NCBI GenBank assembly: GCA_041749075.1
Contig: JBGTBY010000035.1
Span: forward strand, 278,104 to 342,103
Source of the DNA: Balneolales bacterium
GTDB lineage: Bacteria > Bacteroidota > Rhodothermia > Balneolales > HLUCCA01
Reading direction: 5' to 3'
Length of the DNA stretch: 64,000 bases
The stretch's first letter is position 1; each line of letters opens with the position of its first letter. Positions 36,013 through 47,091 of the stretch are shown here, piece after piece. Made by a program: the position numbers and the translations under genes. The notes beneath the pieces are model-generated. The model saw nothing but the letters and a program-made list of their open reading frames with translations, did not search any database and was not told the origin of the DNA.

Positions 36013-37276
36013 ATTTGTAGTCGAAGGTCCCACACCGTTAAACGGGACAATAGAAGTAAGCGGATCGAAAAACGCGGCCCTGCCCCTTATGGCGGCGACG
36101 CTGCTCACCGACAAGCCGTCTGTGATTCACAACATTCCGTTGTTGAACGACATTTATACGTTGAACAATGTTCTGCGTGTGACCGGAACCGGTGTCACAT
36201 TCGATGAAAAAGCCCATAAGCTGCACATTGACGCCTCTACCCTCACCGAAGCGATCGCTCCATATGAGCAGGTCCGCAAAATGAGGGCATCCTTTTATAT
36301 GTTGGGCGCGTTGCTCGGCCGATGCGGCGAAGCGCGAGTTTCGTTGCCTGGCGGATGCGCCTGGGGCCCCCGCCCGGTGAATCTGCATATGGAAGGACTC
36401 AAAGCGCTAGGCGCCGTTGTGGAAATGGACAAAGGCTATGTGGTGGCCCATGCGCCGGGTGGCCGACTCAAAGGTGGCCATTTCCGCATGGAACCAAGCT
36501 CCGTGGGCGCCACTGTGAACATCATCTTGGGCGCGGTGAAAGCCGACGGCACCAGTGTGATCGAAAATGCGGCGATGGAACCCGATGTGGTCTCCTTCTG
36601 CAATGCGCTCATCGGAATGGGTGCACGTATTTCGGGTCATGGCACACCTGTCATCACCATCCAAGGTGTGGACGAGTTGGACGGGATGGATTTTCATAAT
36701 TCACCCGACCGCATCGAAACCGGCACCTTCATGATCGCCGCGGCGATGCATCCCGATTCGGATGTCACCATCACCAACACCGATCCAAGCGATCTCGGCA
36801 CCTTCACAGACACCTTCCGTGACGTCGGTGCTATAGTGGATGTGGATGGAAGCACCATTCGGGTGAAAGCACCGAAACACATCCGACCGGTGTCGATCAA
36901 AACCGACATCTACCCCGGATTTCCGACCGACCTCCAGGCACAATGGGCAACCATGATGACCGGAGCGTATGGTCCAAGCACGGTCACAGACACCATTTAT
37001 TTTGACCGGTTCAGCTACGTGCCCGAACTGGTGAGATTGGGTGCCGACATCCATCTGATCGAGAACACCGTCTCGATCGGAGGAACATCCACCTTGCAAG
37101 GCGCCGCCGTGATGAGCACGGATCTGCGCGCCAGTGTGAGTCTGGTGATGGCCGGAATGATAGCCAAAGGCACAACCGACGTACTGAGAGTTTACCATCT
37201 CGACCGCGGTTATGAAACCCTCGAAACCAAGTTGAACGCAATCGGTGCCCGCATCCGTCGCGTTCGGCAAGAATGA
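36005..37276 (+). CDS. murA: UDP-N-acetylglucosamine 1-carboxyvinyltransferase
   Basis: 423 aa with a TTG start. LNGTIEVSGSKNAALP and the catalytic-loop region LPGGCAWGPRPVNLH. Confidence 0.95.
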
Positions 37277-37490
37277 TCCGTATATTGCCGGATCGAAATT
37301 TTTTCTGATATGATCGCCGTTTTCCTCGTCCTGCTCCTACTGTATACTCTCCAGCTTCTGCTGGACAGGGCCGGTGTATCCAACCCTTTCCCTCCTTACC
37401 CGGCTTCTGCCGGCCTTAGCGCCGATCCAATCGTACCGTTTCGCTCCCATCCTTGGGACGCCGGCATTGGCCAGAGAACCCTATTTTTAC

Positions 37491-39779
37491 ATGAAAAATC
37501 AAATCATCATTCATGCCGCGGGCCAGCAAACCCGAATCGCACTTATTGAAAATGGCGAATTAGCCCAATTCTTTATTGAATCCCCCGAAAACCAACGCAC
37601 CGTCGGGGACATCTACATCGCGGAAGTCCGCAAAGTGATGGCCGGCATCCGCGCCGCCTTCATCGATCTCAACACACCGAAAGACGCCTTCCTCCATTTC
37701 TCCGACCTCGGCGAGCATCTGGAAGATTACATCGTGATGTTGAATGGCAAAGACGCCTTCAAGAAAGACGACCTTAAACGCCTCACCGATTACCGCAAAC
37801 AACGCGAAGGCAAAGGCGATCAGAACGGAGGCAATCCCAAAACCGGCATGACCGGCGACGAGCAGAACCTCATGGGCAATCTGATGCAAGTCGGACAAAA
37901 ACTCTTGGTTCAGATCGTCAAAGAACCGATCGGCTCGAAAGGTCCGCGTGTGTCGACCAACATCTCCCTCGCTGGCCGTTTCCTCGTACTCATGCCGATG
38001 GGCGATTATATCGCCGTATCGAAACGCATCAAAAGCTATAAAGAGCGCCGCAACCTGCGTCAATTGGTAGCCAATATCGTTCCGGAAGGATTCGGAGTGA
38101 TTGTCCGCACTGTTGCCGAAGGTGTGGATGAGAAGCTGATTGAAGCGGATCTGCGCGATCTTCTCGAAAAATGGAACAACCTCGTCGCACAATTGGAGAC
38201 GGCCAAGCCGCCATCCTTGGTGCATCGGGATCTTGAAATGACTGAGAGCCTCATCCGCGATCTGTTCGCGAAAGATTACGAGCGCATCTTGGTCGACGAC
38301 AAGAAAATGTATCAGTCGCTGCGCACGTATGTCACGAAAATCGCGCCGAGCATGGTGCCGAATATCGAGCTGTATCAGAAATCCGAGCACATCTTTGATC
38401 ATATGAAGATCCATTCGGATGTGGAGTCGATCTTCTCCCCTCGTGTGAAAATGCCAAGCGGTGGCTATCTGATTTTCGAGCAGACCGAAGCCATGTATGT
38501 GGTGGATGTGAACTCGGGTCGCTACGCAGCCAAGAAAGCGCAAGAGGAGAATTCGCTGAAAACGAACCTCGAAGCGGCTCGCGAAATCGGTAAACAATTG
38601 CGCTTGCGCGATATAGGTGGCATCATTGTGGTCGATTTCATCGACTTGAAAGACGATGTGAACCGCAAGAAAGTCTATGATGAACTGAAGAAGGAATTCC
38701 GAAAGGACCGTGCGAAAACGAACATCCTACCGATGTCGGATTTCGGACTCATCCAAATCACTCGGCAGCGGATTCGTCCGAGTGTGGTGAATTCGGTATC
38801 CCGCGTGTGCCCGATGTGCGGCGGCGGTGGCAACATCGTATCACACAATACGATATTGTCGGACTTGGAGGGATGGCTCAATAAATTCCGTCATACAACC
38901 AAACTGTGGACGGTCGATCTTCACCTGAACCCTTACATGAAAGGGATGTTGACCAAAGGCCTGCTCAGTCAGCAGATGAAATGGATGGTGAAATACCGTC
39001 TGAAATTGAACATCACGGACGACCAGACCTTGAGCATGAACGATTACCGCTTCACGTTGACGGGATCGGATGTGGACATCACCGAAACCATCATGTTGAA
39101 CCAATCCATTGACGACGCCATCAAGGTGGCCGAGCAACGTATCGCGGACATGGAGCCTGAAGATCAACGTGATATCTCCAAACTCGATATTTACAAGCGC
39201 GATGACGACGAAGCGCCTGCTACGCAAGCCAAACCGGCACCTCGTGTGATCCAAATGCCGACTCCGGCACCCAAGAAGCAGGTTGTGATCCCAACACCTC
39301 AGCCGAAGCCACAACCGCATCCTCAAGCACAACCTCAGCCTAAGCCACAGCCGGCTCCCGCCCCGAAAGCGGAACCGGTAGCTGAAAAACCTGCTGAGCC
39401 GAAAGTGGAGAAGCAGCCGGATCCGGCATTGGCGAATCTTCCACAGGCCTTGGATGTAGCCAAGGCGTACAGCGAAGCCAAAGCCAGCGGCAAACCGATG
39501 GTGAGACCGGTCGTTAAGGAAGTCACTTCCGAGCCTGTTGCCACCTCTCCATCCGAAGAAACAAAAGCTGTGGTAGCGGACATGATCACGAAAGTGGTTG
39601 CCGCCAAGAAAAAGCCAGCTCCTAAGAAGGCGAAAGCCGAGACGGAGTCCGCTGAACCGAAAGCCGAAGAGCCAGCAAAGCCTAAAGTATCACGCAAACC
39701 TGCGGCCAAGCCGAAAGCCAAGCCAAAGAAACGCGGATCGGATGACGACACGCCAGTAGATCCCGAGGAGTTGGCATGA
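37491..39779 (+). CDS. Ribonuclease E/G family endoribonuclease with a long Pro/Lys/Ala/Glu-rich C-terminal tail
   Basis: Start ATG 37491 ([24 protein letters not shown]). S1 domain, [17 protein letters not shown], Zn-link CPMCGGGG. The tail from about 39200 reads [24 protein letters not shown]...KPKAKPKKR. Confidence 0.9.
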   Translation: MKNQIIIHAAGQQTRIALIENGELAQFFIESPENQRTVGDIYIAEVRKVMAGIRAAFIDLNTPKDAFLHFSDLGEHLEDYIVMLNGKDAFKKDDLKRLTDYRKQREGKGDQNGGNPKTGMTGDEQNLMGNLMQVGQKLLVQIVKEPIGSKGPRVSTNISLAGRFLVLMPMGDYIAVSKRIKSYKERRNLRQLVANIVPEGFGVIVRTVAEGVDEKLIEADLRDLLEKWNNLVAQLETAKPPSLVHRDLEMTESLIRDLFAKDYERILVDDKKMYQSLRTYVTKIAPSMVPNIELYQKSEHIFDHMKIHSDVESIFSPRVKMPSGGYLIFEQTEAMYVVDVNSGRYAAKKAQEENSLKTNLEAAREIGKQLRLRDIGGIIVVDFIDLKDDVNRKKVYDELKKEFRKDRAKTNILPMSDFGLIQITRQRIRPSVVNSVSRVCPMCGGGGNIVSHNTILSDLEGWLNKFRHTTKLWTVDLHLNPYMKGMLTKGLLSQQMKWMVKYRLKLNITDDQTLSMNDYRFTLTGSDVDITETIMLNQSIDDAIKVAEQRIADMEPEDQRDISKLDIYKRDDDEAPATQAKPAPRVIQMPTPAPKKQVVIPTPQPKPQPHPQAQPQPKPQPAPAPKAEPVAEKPAEPKVEKQPDPALANLPQALDVAKAYSEAKASGKPMVRPVVKEVTSEPVATSPSEETKAVVADMITKVVAAKKKPAPKKAKAETESAEPKAEEPAKPKVSRKPAAKPKAKPKKRGSDDDTPVDPEELA

Positions 39780-40318
39780 GTTTCGACCTCCACGCCACCA
39801 CGGTCATCGGCATCCGACATAACGGCTCTGTCGCCATCGGTGGCGATGGGCAGGCCACGCTCGACAAGACCGTGATCAAATCGACGGTCAAGAAAGTCCG
39901 CACGCTTCACAACGGAAAAATATTGGCCGGTTTCGCCGGGTCCACCGCCGATGCCTATACGCTCTTCGAGATGTTCGAAGAGAAACTCAGCTCGACCAAT
40001 GGAAACCTATCACGTGCCGCTGTCGATATGGCCCGGTCTTGGCGTACTGATCGTTATTTGCGCCGTTTGGAAGCCCTTTTGGTTGTGATGGATGCAGACA
40101 CGATTCTTCTATTATCCGGCCAAGGCGATGTGATCGAGCCGGATGACGGCATCGTGGCCATCGGAAGCGGTGGCTTCTATGCGTTATCCGCCGCTCGTGC
40201 GTTAAAGAAGCATGCACCCCATTTGTCCGCCCGCGACATGGTGACCGAGTCGCTGACCGTCGCGGCCGATGTGTGCATCTACACCAATCATAATCTCACA
40301 GTTCTCGAACTTGACTGA
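39776..40318 (+). CDS. hslV: ATP-dependent protease subunit HslV
   Basis: 180 aa with the N-terminal nucleophile context [27 protein letters not shown] overlap with the RNase E/G stop. Confidence 0.95.
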   Translation: MSFDLHATTVIGIRHNGSVAIGGDGQATLDKTVIKSTVKKVRTLHNGKILAGFAGSTADAYTLFEMFEEKLSSTNGNLSRAAVDMARSWRTDRYLRRLEALLVVMDADTILLLSGQGDVIEPDDGIVAIGSGGFYALSAARALKKHAPHLSARDMVTESLTVAADVCIYTNHNLTVLELD

Positions 40319-41720
40319 TTCCTCCTCCCCGATCCAACTGACCCCTCAACAGATCGTCGCCGAACTCGACCGTTACATCATCGGTCAGACCAATGCCAAA
40401 AAAGCGGTCGCCATCGCGCTCCGGAATCGCTGGCGCCGCATGCATGCCGATGAAGCCCTTCGCGACGACATCATGCCGAACAACATCATCCTGATCGGTC
40501 CGACCGGCGTTGGGAAAACCGAAATCGCCCGCCGATTGGCCAAACTGGCACGTGCTCCGTTCATCAAAGTGGAAGCGACCAAATACACCGAAGTGGGTTA
40601 TGTGGGACGTGATGTGGAATCGATGATCCGCGACCTGACCGAGATTTCCGTGACACTCGTGAAATCTGAAATGAAAGAGCGAGTGCAGGAGAAAGCTCAA
40701 GAGCAAGCCGAAGAGCGCTTGTTGGATTTGCTCATCCCTCCGATGCGTAAACCTGCCGGATTCACACCATCGCTTCCATCGGATTCAGGATTTGATCCCG
40801 GAAAAGCATCCGACGAAGAATTGAATGAACGCACACGCGACAAATTCCGCGTGAAGCTCCGCAATGGGGAGTTGGACGACCGATCAGTTGAAGTGGATGT
40901 GAAAGCGGGCGGCTCACCTGCCATGCAGATTTTTGGTCCTGCAGGGATGGAAGACATCAGCATGAACCTGCAAGACATGCTCGGAAATATGGGCGGCAAG
41001 AAAACCAAGAAGCGCACGATGAAGATTCGCGATGCGCGTCCGCTCTTGCTCGCAGAAGAAGCCGAGAAGCTGATCGATCACGATACCGCGATCAGTGAAG
41101 CCGTCGACCGGGTTCAAACGTCCGGAATTGTGTTCATTGATGAAATCGATAAGATCGCTGGGGGTACCAGCGGTGACGGACGTTCCGGCGGACCGGATGT
41201 GAGTCGGTCCGGTGTCCAGCGTGATTTGCTTCCGATTGTGGAAGGATCCACCGTCTCAACCAAGTACGGCATGGTGAAAACGGATCATATTTTATTTGTC
41301 GCATCGGGAGCGTTTCATGTGGCGAAGCCATCAGATCTGATTCCCGAATTGCAAGGACGCTTTCCGATTCGCGTGGAAATGGAGCGCCTGACAGAATCCA
41401 ATTTTTATGACATCCTCACCAAGCCGCAAAACGCTTTATTGAAACAGTATCAGGCGATATTGGCATCCGAGAGCGTCACATTGACCTTTCAGGATGATGC
41501 GATCCGCGAGATTGCCCGTGTCGCTGCTGAAATCAATGAGGAAATCGAAAATATCGGTGCTCGGCGCCTTCACACCATCCTGACGACGGTTTTGGAAGAG
41601 CTGCTTTACCTCATCCCAGAGGATATTTCGAAGCAGGATGTCGAGATCGATAAAGCCTACGTGGATGCCCGGTTGGCCGGTATCATGAAAAACCGGGACC
41701 TGAAACGATATATCCTATAA
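40311..41720 (+). CDS. hslU: ATP-dependent protease ATPase subunit HslU
   Basis: [17 protein letters not shown], Walker [16 protein letters not shown] and Walker [11 protein letters not shown]. The ORF track starts at ATG 40269 (50 nt inside hslV); the in-frame TTG at 40311 gives an N-terminus of the usual length. The start is uncertain. Confidence 0.9.
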   Translation: MTDSSSPIQLTPQQIVAELDRYIIGQTNAKKAVAIALRNRWRRMHADEALRDDIMPNNIILIGPTGVGKTEIARRLAKLARAPFIKVEATKYTEVGYVGRDVESMIRDLTEISVTLVKSEMKERVQEKAQEQAEERLLDLLIPPMRKPAGFTPSLPSDSGFDPGKASDEELNERTRDKFRVKLRNGELDDRSVEVDVKAGGSPAMQIFGPAGMEDISMNLQDMLGNMGGKKTKKRTMKIRDARPLLLAEEAEKLIDHDTAISEAVDRVQTSGIVFIDEIDKIAGGTSGDGRSGGPDVSRSGVQRDLLPIVEGSTVSTKYGMVKTDHILFVASGAFHVAKPSDLIPELQGRFPIRVEMERLTESNFYDILTKPQNALLKQYQAILASESVTLTFQDDAIREIARVAAEINEEIENIGARRLHTILTTVLEELLYLIPEDISKQDVEIDKAYVDARLAGIMKNRDLKRYIL

Positions 41721-41768
41721 TGTTGTAGATTCCTATAACGTTACCATCGGAACTTCTTCTCAATTCTT

Positions 41769-43652
41769 ATGACTATGACACGATTTTTCGCCGCGCCGAT
41801 TCTGACCACTCTTGTTCTTGGCTCCCTTTGGGTTTTCGGAATCGATTCCGTCGTTCTGACCGAAAAGCGGACCTACGAAGAGAACATCCGCAAATACAAT
41901 CAGGTGCAGCGACTGATTTTGGACCATCACGTGGATACCCAATCCATTGAGCTGATGTACCAATCGAGCATGAAAGCCTTTGTGTCAAATTTGTCTGACA
42001 CCCTGTTTACCGTGTCTGGCACGCCGATCGATACGATGTTCACTGACAATTCCATCCTGACCATACGCGATGCGGTGTTGGGATTCGAGAGAGCGTATCG
42101 TTACCTCGAATCTGTGAATCCGGATGAAGATATGGATGCTCGCACGGATGATGCCATTCAAGGCATTTTCACCTCCCTTGATCCGCATTCCATTTATTTG
42201 GAGCCGGAAGTGACCTCCGCTGAAGCGGAGCAGTTCGCCGGCAAGTTTGAAGGAATCGGGGTTCAGTTCGACATCATCCGCGATTCGATCACCGTCGTAT
42301 CGGCCATCTCGGGCGGACCGAGTGAGCGTTTGGGCATCGTATCGGGCGACCGGATTGTGAGCATCAATGAGAAAAGCTCTGTCGGATTCACGAATCAGCA
42401 AGTGTTGCAAAATCTTCGTGGACCCAAAGGCACGATCGTGAAAGTTCAGATCGTGCGTCCGGGCATTCGCGAACCGATGACCTTCAACATCGAACGTGAT
42501 GAGATTCCGGTGTATTCGGTTGATGCCAGCTACATGCTCGACAACGATACCGGCTACATCAAAATCGGCAACTTCGCCGCTACCACATACGATGAGTTCA
42601 TGCAAGCGATGAACAAATTGGATGGGAACGGTATGAAAAAACTGGTACTTGATCTGCGTGGAAATCCAGGTGGATACCTGATCCAAGCCACACGCATCGT
42701 AGGTGAGTTTTTCCCAGGCAACACGCCCTTGGTAAGCACCAAAAGCCGGCATGCGAGATATACCGGAGATTATGCGACACCTCGGAATGGCATTTTCCGC
42801 GGCATGCCACTGATCGTGTTGGTGAATGAGGGTTCGGCGTCGGGAAGTGAAATCGTTGCCGGTGCCATCCAAGACCACGACCGTGGCATTATCGCCGGTT
42901 CACGTACCTATGGCAAAGGATTGGTTCAGAACCAGTTCGATCTGATCGACAAATCCAGCGTGCGAATCACCATCAGTAAATATTATACGCCATCTGGTCG
43001 GCTGATTCAGAAACCGTATGTCGACGGACGTGAAGCATATGCGTTCGAAACCTATCGCCGAAATAACAGTGCGGTGTCTGATGTGGAGAATTTTGTCACC
43101 AATATCCCCGACTCTCTTGTCTTCAAAACGAATGCAGGGCGTTCGGTCTATGGTGGCGGAGGCGTGATTCCGGATCACATCCTCGAAAGCGATACCACAC
43201 GCAGTTTCGTCTATGGATTCATGCGCCAGAAGAACCTGAATTTCACATTCATCCGCAATTACCTCGACAAGAACTCGGATGCGTTCCGTGCCAAATGGGG
43301 ATCGGATTTCGACTCGTTTTTGACCAATTTTGTGATGGATGATGCCACCATGAACGAGTTCAAAACCGATATGCTGAAGGCAGGAATGGTGTTAAGCGAT
43401 ACCGTCGCAGTAGACAAAGCCGTTCTGAAAGACGAAATCTTGTATGTCCACCCCGATCAGTACAAGAAAGACCAATGGATCGTGTCCGGCATGCTAAAAG
43501 TGGAGCTGGCACGTCAGGTGTGGGATACCCAGCATTTTTATCAGGCCTATAATCTCATTTTCGACTCCACCCTTCGCGAAGCTGTGACCTTGTGGCCTGA
43601 AGTGCTAGAGTTGAAAACCGTTGCCGAACGAACATCGCTGAGGCGCAACTGA
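41769..43652 (+). CDS. S41-family carboxy-terminal processing peptidase
   Basis: 627 aa. Signal/TM, a PDZ region (GIGVQF...GPSERLGIVSGDRIVSIN), catalytic Ser block NEGSASGSEIVAGA and Lys block TYGKGLVQ. Confidence 0.9.
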   Translation: MTMTRFFAAPILTTLVLGSLWVFGIDSVVLTEKRTYEENIRKYNQVQRLILDHHVDTQSIELMYQSSMKAFVSNLSDTLFTVSGTPIDTMFTDNSILTIRDAVLGFERAYRYLESVNPDEDMDARTDDAIQGIFTSLDPHSIYLEPEVTSAEAEQFAGKFEGIGVQFDIIRDSITVVSAISGGPSERLGIVSGDRIVSINEKSSVGFTNQQVLQNLRGPKGTIVKVQIVRPGIREPMTFNIERDEIPVYSVDASYMLDNDTGYIKIGNFAATTYDEFMQAMNKLDGNGMKKLVLDLRGNPGGYLIQATRIVGEFFPGNTPLVSTKSRHARYTGDYATPRNGIFRGMPLIVLVNEGSASGSEIVAGAIQDHDRGIIAGSRTYGKGLVQNQFDLIDKSSVRITISKYYTPSGRLIQKPYVDGREAYAFETYRRNNSAVSDVENFVTNIPDSLVFKTNAGRSVYGGGGVIPDHILESDTTRSFVYGFMRQKNLNFTFIRNYLDKNSDAFRAKWGSDFDSFLTNFVMDDATMNEFKTDMLKAGMVLSDTVAVDKAVLKDEILYVHPDQYKKDQWIVSGMLKVELARQVWDTQHFYQAYNLIFDSTLREAVTLWPEVLELKTVAERTSLRRN

Positions 43653-43655
43653 CCC

Positions 43656-44249
43656 ATGGACTTGTTGAACCTGCGGGATCTGATGGATCCCGCTTTGTTT
43701 GATTGGGTGGTGCTTCCGGGCATCATCTTTCTCGCGCGTCTGACCGACGTCACCCTCGGAACTCTGCGCATTCTTTTCATATCCCGAAGTCTGCGCTACA
43801 CCGCTCCTATCGTCGGATTCTTCGAATCGCTCATCTGGCTGTTCGCCATCAGCCAGATCGTTCAAAATCTGAACAACGCGGCTTGTTACCTCGCGTTCGC
43901 CTCCGGATTCGCATCCGGCAGTTACGTGGGCATCTATCTGGAAAGCAAACTCGCCATGGGCATGGTCTGTGTTCGGGCCGTCACTCCCGACGACGCCACC
44001 GAACTCATTCAATATTTGCGCGAGCAACAATTTGGTGTCACCAGTGTGTCGGCCATGGGTGTTTCTGGTCAGGTTCGACTCATCTGGAGCGTGATCAAAC
44101 GCAAAGAAATGCCGCAATTCATGGAGATCGTGAAAACATACAATCCGAAAGCCTTCATATCGGTTGAGGATGTTCGCTCCGCACACGAAGGTTTCTTCCC
44201 TCAAAAAGATGAATCCTCCTGGCGTCATTTCGGCCTGCAACGAAAATGA
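43656..44249 (+). CDS. UPF0316/DUF2179-family membrane protein
   Basis: 197 aa. ARLTDVTLGTLRILFISRS, a GFFESLIWL TM core and a C-terminal DUF2179-like domain (AFISVEDV). Confidence 0.75.
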   Translation: MDLLNLRDLMDPALFDWVVLPGIIFLARLTDVTLGTLRILFISRSLRYTAPIVGFFESLIWLFAISQIVQNLNNAACYLAFASGFASGSYVGIYLESKLAMGMVCVRAVTPDDATELIQYLREQQFGVTSVSAMGVSGQVRLIWSVIKRKEMPQFMEIVKTYNPKAFISVEDVRSAHEGFFPQKDESSWRHFGLQRK

Positions 44250-44270
44250 TCGCTTTGTTTATCTTGCCCG

Positions 44271-46247
44271 ATGCCATTTCTAATCGGGCTCATCTTCGTC
44301 GTACTCACATCACCGGCTTTCGCACAATATGAAGAACTCAGTGCGGACTCCATCGCGATACTTCGTTCCCAAGAGTTTGTAGACGCGTTCAATTATCCGC
44401 AAGCAGCATCTGTTTTGTTGAATCGGATTTCGACGTACGGCTTGGATCCGGCTCCATCCTATCTGCTTTCTCTATTGTATTTCGAGTTGGGAAATGTCTA
44501 TTCCAATTCCGGTGATCTGTTCAAAGCCAAAAATGCCTATGAACATGGGTTGCGGATCGATACCGACCTGGCAGATGAGAAGGGTATCGCTGTGCTGAAA
44601 CAGCGATTGGGGCTCATATACATGGATATGGGTCATTACAAACAGGCATTCAATCATTTTCTGGAATCAAACAATCTCGCTGAGCGACAGCAAGACAGTC
44701 TGCTGATTTCATACAATTATCACAACATCGGTGTGATTTATGAACACCTTGAGAACTATGATCGAGCCGAGTTCTACTATCTGGAATCCTTACGCCTCGA
44801 TTCGCTAAGACAGGATTGGGAAGGGGTCGCGATCGGTATTATGAATCTGGGCAATATCATCTCGTTTAAAGGGAATGAAGATGAAGCGATGCGGTACTAT
44901 GTACTGGCGAAAGAATCCGCTATCCGATTGGACATGCCATCGCTTCATGTGTCCGCATTGGAAAATATCGCTACCGTGTATGACAATCGCGGCGATGTTG
45001 AACTGGCATTGGATGCGTATCAAATCGCGTTGAATCTGAGTCGTGTTCAGAAGAATTTGGAAAGCCAAGCCACGATTTTGAATAATATGGCAGCGTTGTA
45101 CAACACCTTGTCACGGTATGGTGATGCGTATCGTGCGGCGGACCAAGCCCGTCGGATCAGCGTCAGCATGGGTACACGTCCCGATTTGATGACATCCTTG
45201 GAGCATCTTTCGGATGCGGAAGCCGGCCTTGGCCGCATCCAATATGCCTACAACTTCTTGCTCCAATCCAAGCAATTGAGAGATTCCATTTATAGGGCGG
45301 TCGACATTCAGGATTTCATCCAAGCCGAACTCACAAATTCGTTTGATCGGAAGCAAGAATTGCAAACGGCGCTGATCGAAGCTGAACGCAGCCGCAATCA
45401 ACTCATTTTAGGCCTATCCATATTGTTTATCCTTGCTTTGGTCGTGGTATTGGTGCTACTTGGCCTGGAGTTCAAAAAAAGTCGTGAGATTTTAGCGTCC
45501 TTGAAACGCTCCGAGCAATCACGAAGCGCCTTGTTCTCGATCATGGCGCACGACATCAAAAATCCGTTGGCAGGAATCATCGGATTGTCATCCATCATCC
45601 AAGACGATTTCCGGGAGTTGTCGCGAGAAGAGATTCATGCCTTGGCGGCGCGCCTGAACACCAGCGCTCAAAACCTGAATCGGTTACTGGACAGTTTGTT
45701 GGAATGGTCGCATGTGGAATTAAACATGAAGCGGTTTTACGCCTCAGAAATCCATCCCTATGAATCCGTCCATCGGGTATGCAATTTGTTGGATGAAGTG
45801 GCCAAACCGAAAAACATCACCTTTTCGAACCGCATCGATCCGAATCTCACACTGAATTGGGATCCGTATTTGTTAGACAGCATATTGCGGAATCTGATAT
45901 CGAATGCCATCAAATTCTCCTATCGGGATGGAATGATTCTCATCTCACATAGCCAAGATGAAAGCGAGCATATCATTTCAGTGAGGGATTTCGGTCCTGG
46001 TATGGATCTGGATGTGCTTCGCAAGATCATTTACGACAACGAAATGGTGTCCACGCCAGGAACCGAATATGAACTTGGTTCAGGGTTGGGACTGCTTTTA
46101 TCTCGTCAGATCGCCAAGAAAAATGGTGCGCGTCTCACCTTCGGCGGCCCGTTCGAGCACGGAACTGAAGTTCATCTCCGCATCAGATTGAATGAAACCG
46201 AGCTCGGATCAGCAGTGCAAGAGACGCCGTTTCAGTCCGCAGTCTGA
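44271..46247 (+). CDS. TPR-repeat sensor histidine kinase
   Basis: 658 aa. Signal peptide, multiple TPR-like repeats, a TM (LILGLSILFILALVVVLVLLGL), H-box FSIMAHDIKNPL, N-box NLISNAIKFS, and G-boxes DFGPGMD and GSGLGL. Confidence 0.85.
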   Translation: MPFLIGLIFVVLTSPAFAQYEELSADSIAILRSQEFVDAFNYPQAASVLLNRISTYGLDPAPSYLLSLLYFELGNVYSNSGDLFKAKNAYEHGLRIDTDLADEKGIAVLKQRLGLIYMDMGHYKQAFNHFLESNNLAERQQDSLLISYNYHNIGVIYEHLENYDRAEFYYLESLRLDSLRQDWEGVAIGIMNLGNIISFKGNEDEAMRYYVLAKESAIRLDMPSLHVSALENIATVYDNRGDVELALDAYQIALNLSRVQKNLESQATILNNMAALYNTLSRYGDAYRAADQARRISVSMGTRPDLMTSLEHLSDAEAGLGRIQYAYNFLLQSKQLRDSIYRAVDIQDFIQAELTNSFDRKQELQTALIEAERSRNQLILGLSILFILALVVVLVLLGLEFKKSREILASLKRSEQSRSALFSIMAHDIKNPLAGIIGLSSIIQDDFRELSREEIHALAARLNTSAQNLNRLLDSLLEWSHVELNMKRFYASEIHPYESVHRVCNLLDEVAKPKNITFSNRIDPNLTLNWDPYLLDSILRNLISNAIKFSYRDGMILISHSQDESEHIISVRDFGPGMDLDVLRKIIYDNEMVSTPGTEYELGSGLGLLLSRQIAKKNGARLTFGGPFEHGTEVHLRIRLNETELGSAVQETPFQSAV

Positions 46248-46887
46248 ACGCGCCCAAGGTCACCCTTTCCGCACCTTTGGATGTCGCCAATTCGACTTCC
46301 CTATCTGAGAATCCGCCTTCCGGACCCACAAGCAACAATCCGGGTCCGATCACAGCGGTCAGAATCTGATCCCGATCCGCTCTTTCATGCGCGAAAACGA
46401 TGCGTCGACCGGATGCCTCGCCTAGAACCGCATCCAAACTTGAAAAAAGCTTGAGTTTGGGCACATACGCGCGTTGAGATTGCTTTGCGGCACCGATCAA
46501 ATAGGCAATGAGTTTGTCTTCGCGGACCTTCGTCTTTTCGGAATGATCCGCAACAAACAACCAAATCGCGCCGACCCCGATTTCCGTGGCTTTTTCCAGG
46601 ATGAATTCGAGCCGGTCGTGCGTTTTGATGAGCCCTACTGCTAAGACCAGATCATATCCCGGTTCCGGAGGCATCGAAACCGATTTCGTGATGACGCAAT
46701 GTGTCCGTTTCGGATGCGGATCTTGGATGATGGCGGTGAGCTGATGTCCGTTGCCATCAAAACACTCAATCGTATCGCCGGATGTGAGTCGCAACACACG
46801 AATCGCATGATGTGATTCCGATTCTGGTAATGTGACCTGCGATGCGCCAGGATGAATCGGATCGATATGGAAGCGATGCATGCTCAT
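46183..46887 (-). CDS. rsmE: 16S rRNA (uracil1498-N3)-methyltransferase
   Basis: HRFHIDP N-terminus, PUA-like N-domain and C-terminal GPEGGFSDRE. Start ATG 46885-46887 forms an ATGA overlap with the upstream Bfd-like stop. The 3' end overlaps the convergent kinase gene by 65 nt. Confidence 0.85.
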   Translation of the reverse strand: MSMHRFHIDPIHPGASQVTLPESESHHAIRVLRLTSGDTIECFDGNGHQLTAIIQDPHPKRTHCVITKSVSMPPEPGYDLVLAVGLIKTHDRLEFILEKATEIGVGAIWLFVADHSEKTKVREDKLIAYLIGAAKQSQRAYVPKLKLFSSLDAVLGEASGRRIVFAHERADRDQILTAVIGPGLLLVGPEGGFSDREVELATSKGAERVTLGAFRLRTETASLALLIRARFHSI

Positions 46888-47081
46888 CCTTCTTTGATGT
46901 ACCACTCGCCGGGTGCGAACTCGGTTTCGCCGGTGACCAGCATTTTATGCACGTAGGGATGACACATCGTGCACCCGCCTCCGCACCAATTTCCGTCGAT
47001 CAATTCCTGCAATGTGGTGAGATTCTCGTCCATGGCGATGGTCTGCAGTTCCTTGAAGGTCCTGCGATGGCACACGCACAT
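46884..47081 (-). CDS. Bfd-like [2Fe-2S]-binding domain protein
   Basis: About 65 aa from ATG 47079-47081. Four-Cys pattern MCVCHRRT ... CGGGCTMC. Confidence 0.65.
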   Translation of the reverse strand: MCVCHRRTFKELQTIAMDENLTTLQELIDGNWCGGGCTMCHPYVHKMLVTGETEFAPGEWYIKEG

Positions 47082-47091
47082 CACAACCGTT

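Noticed and set aside
37310-37549. 79-aa ORF with a hydrophobic N-terminus (MIAVFLVLLLLYTL) in the RNase E/G leader.
   Set aside because: It overlaps the well-supported RNase E/G start out of frame and shows no recognisable motif. More likely non-coding leader sequence. A short upstream peptide cannot be excluded.
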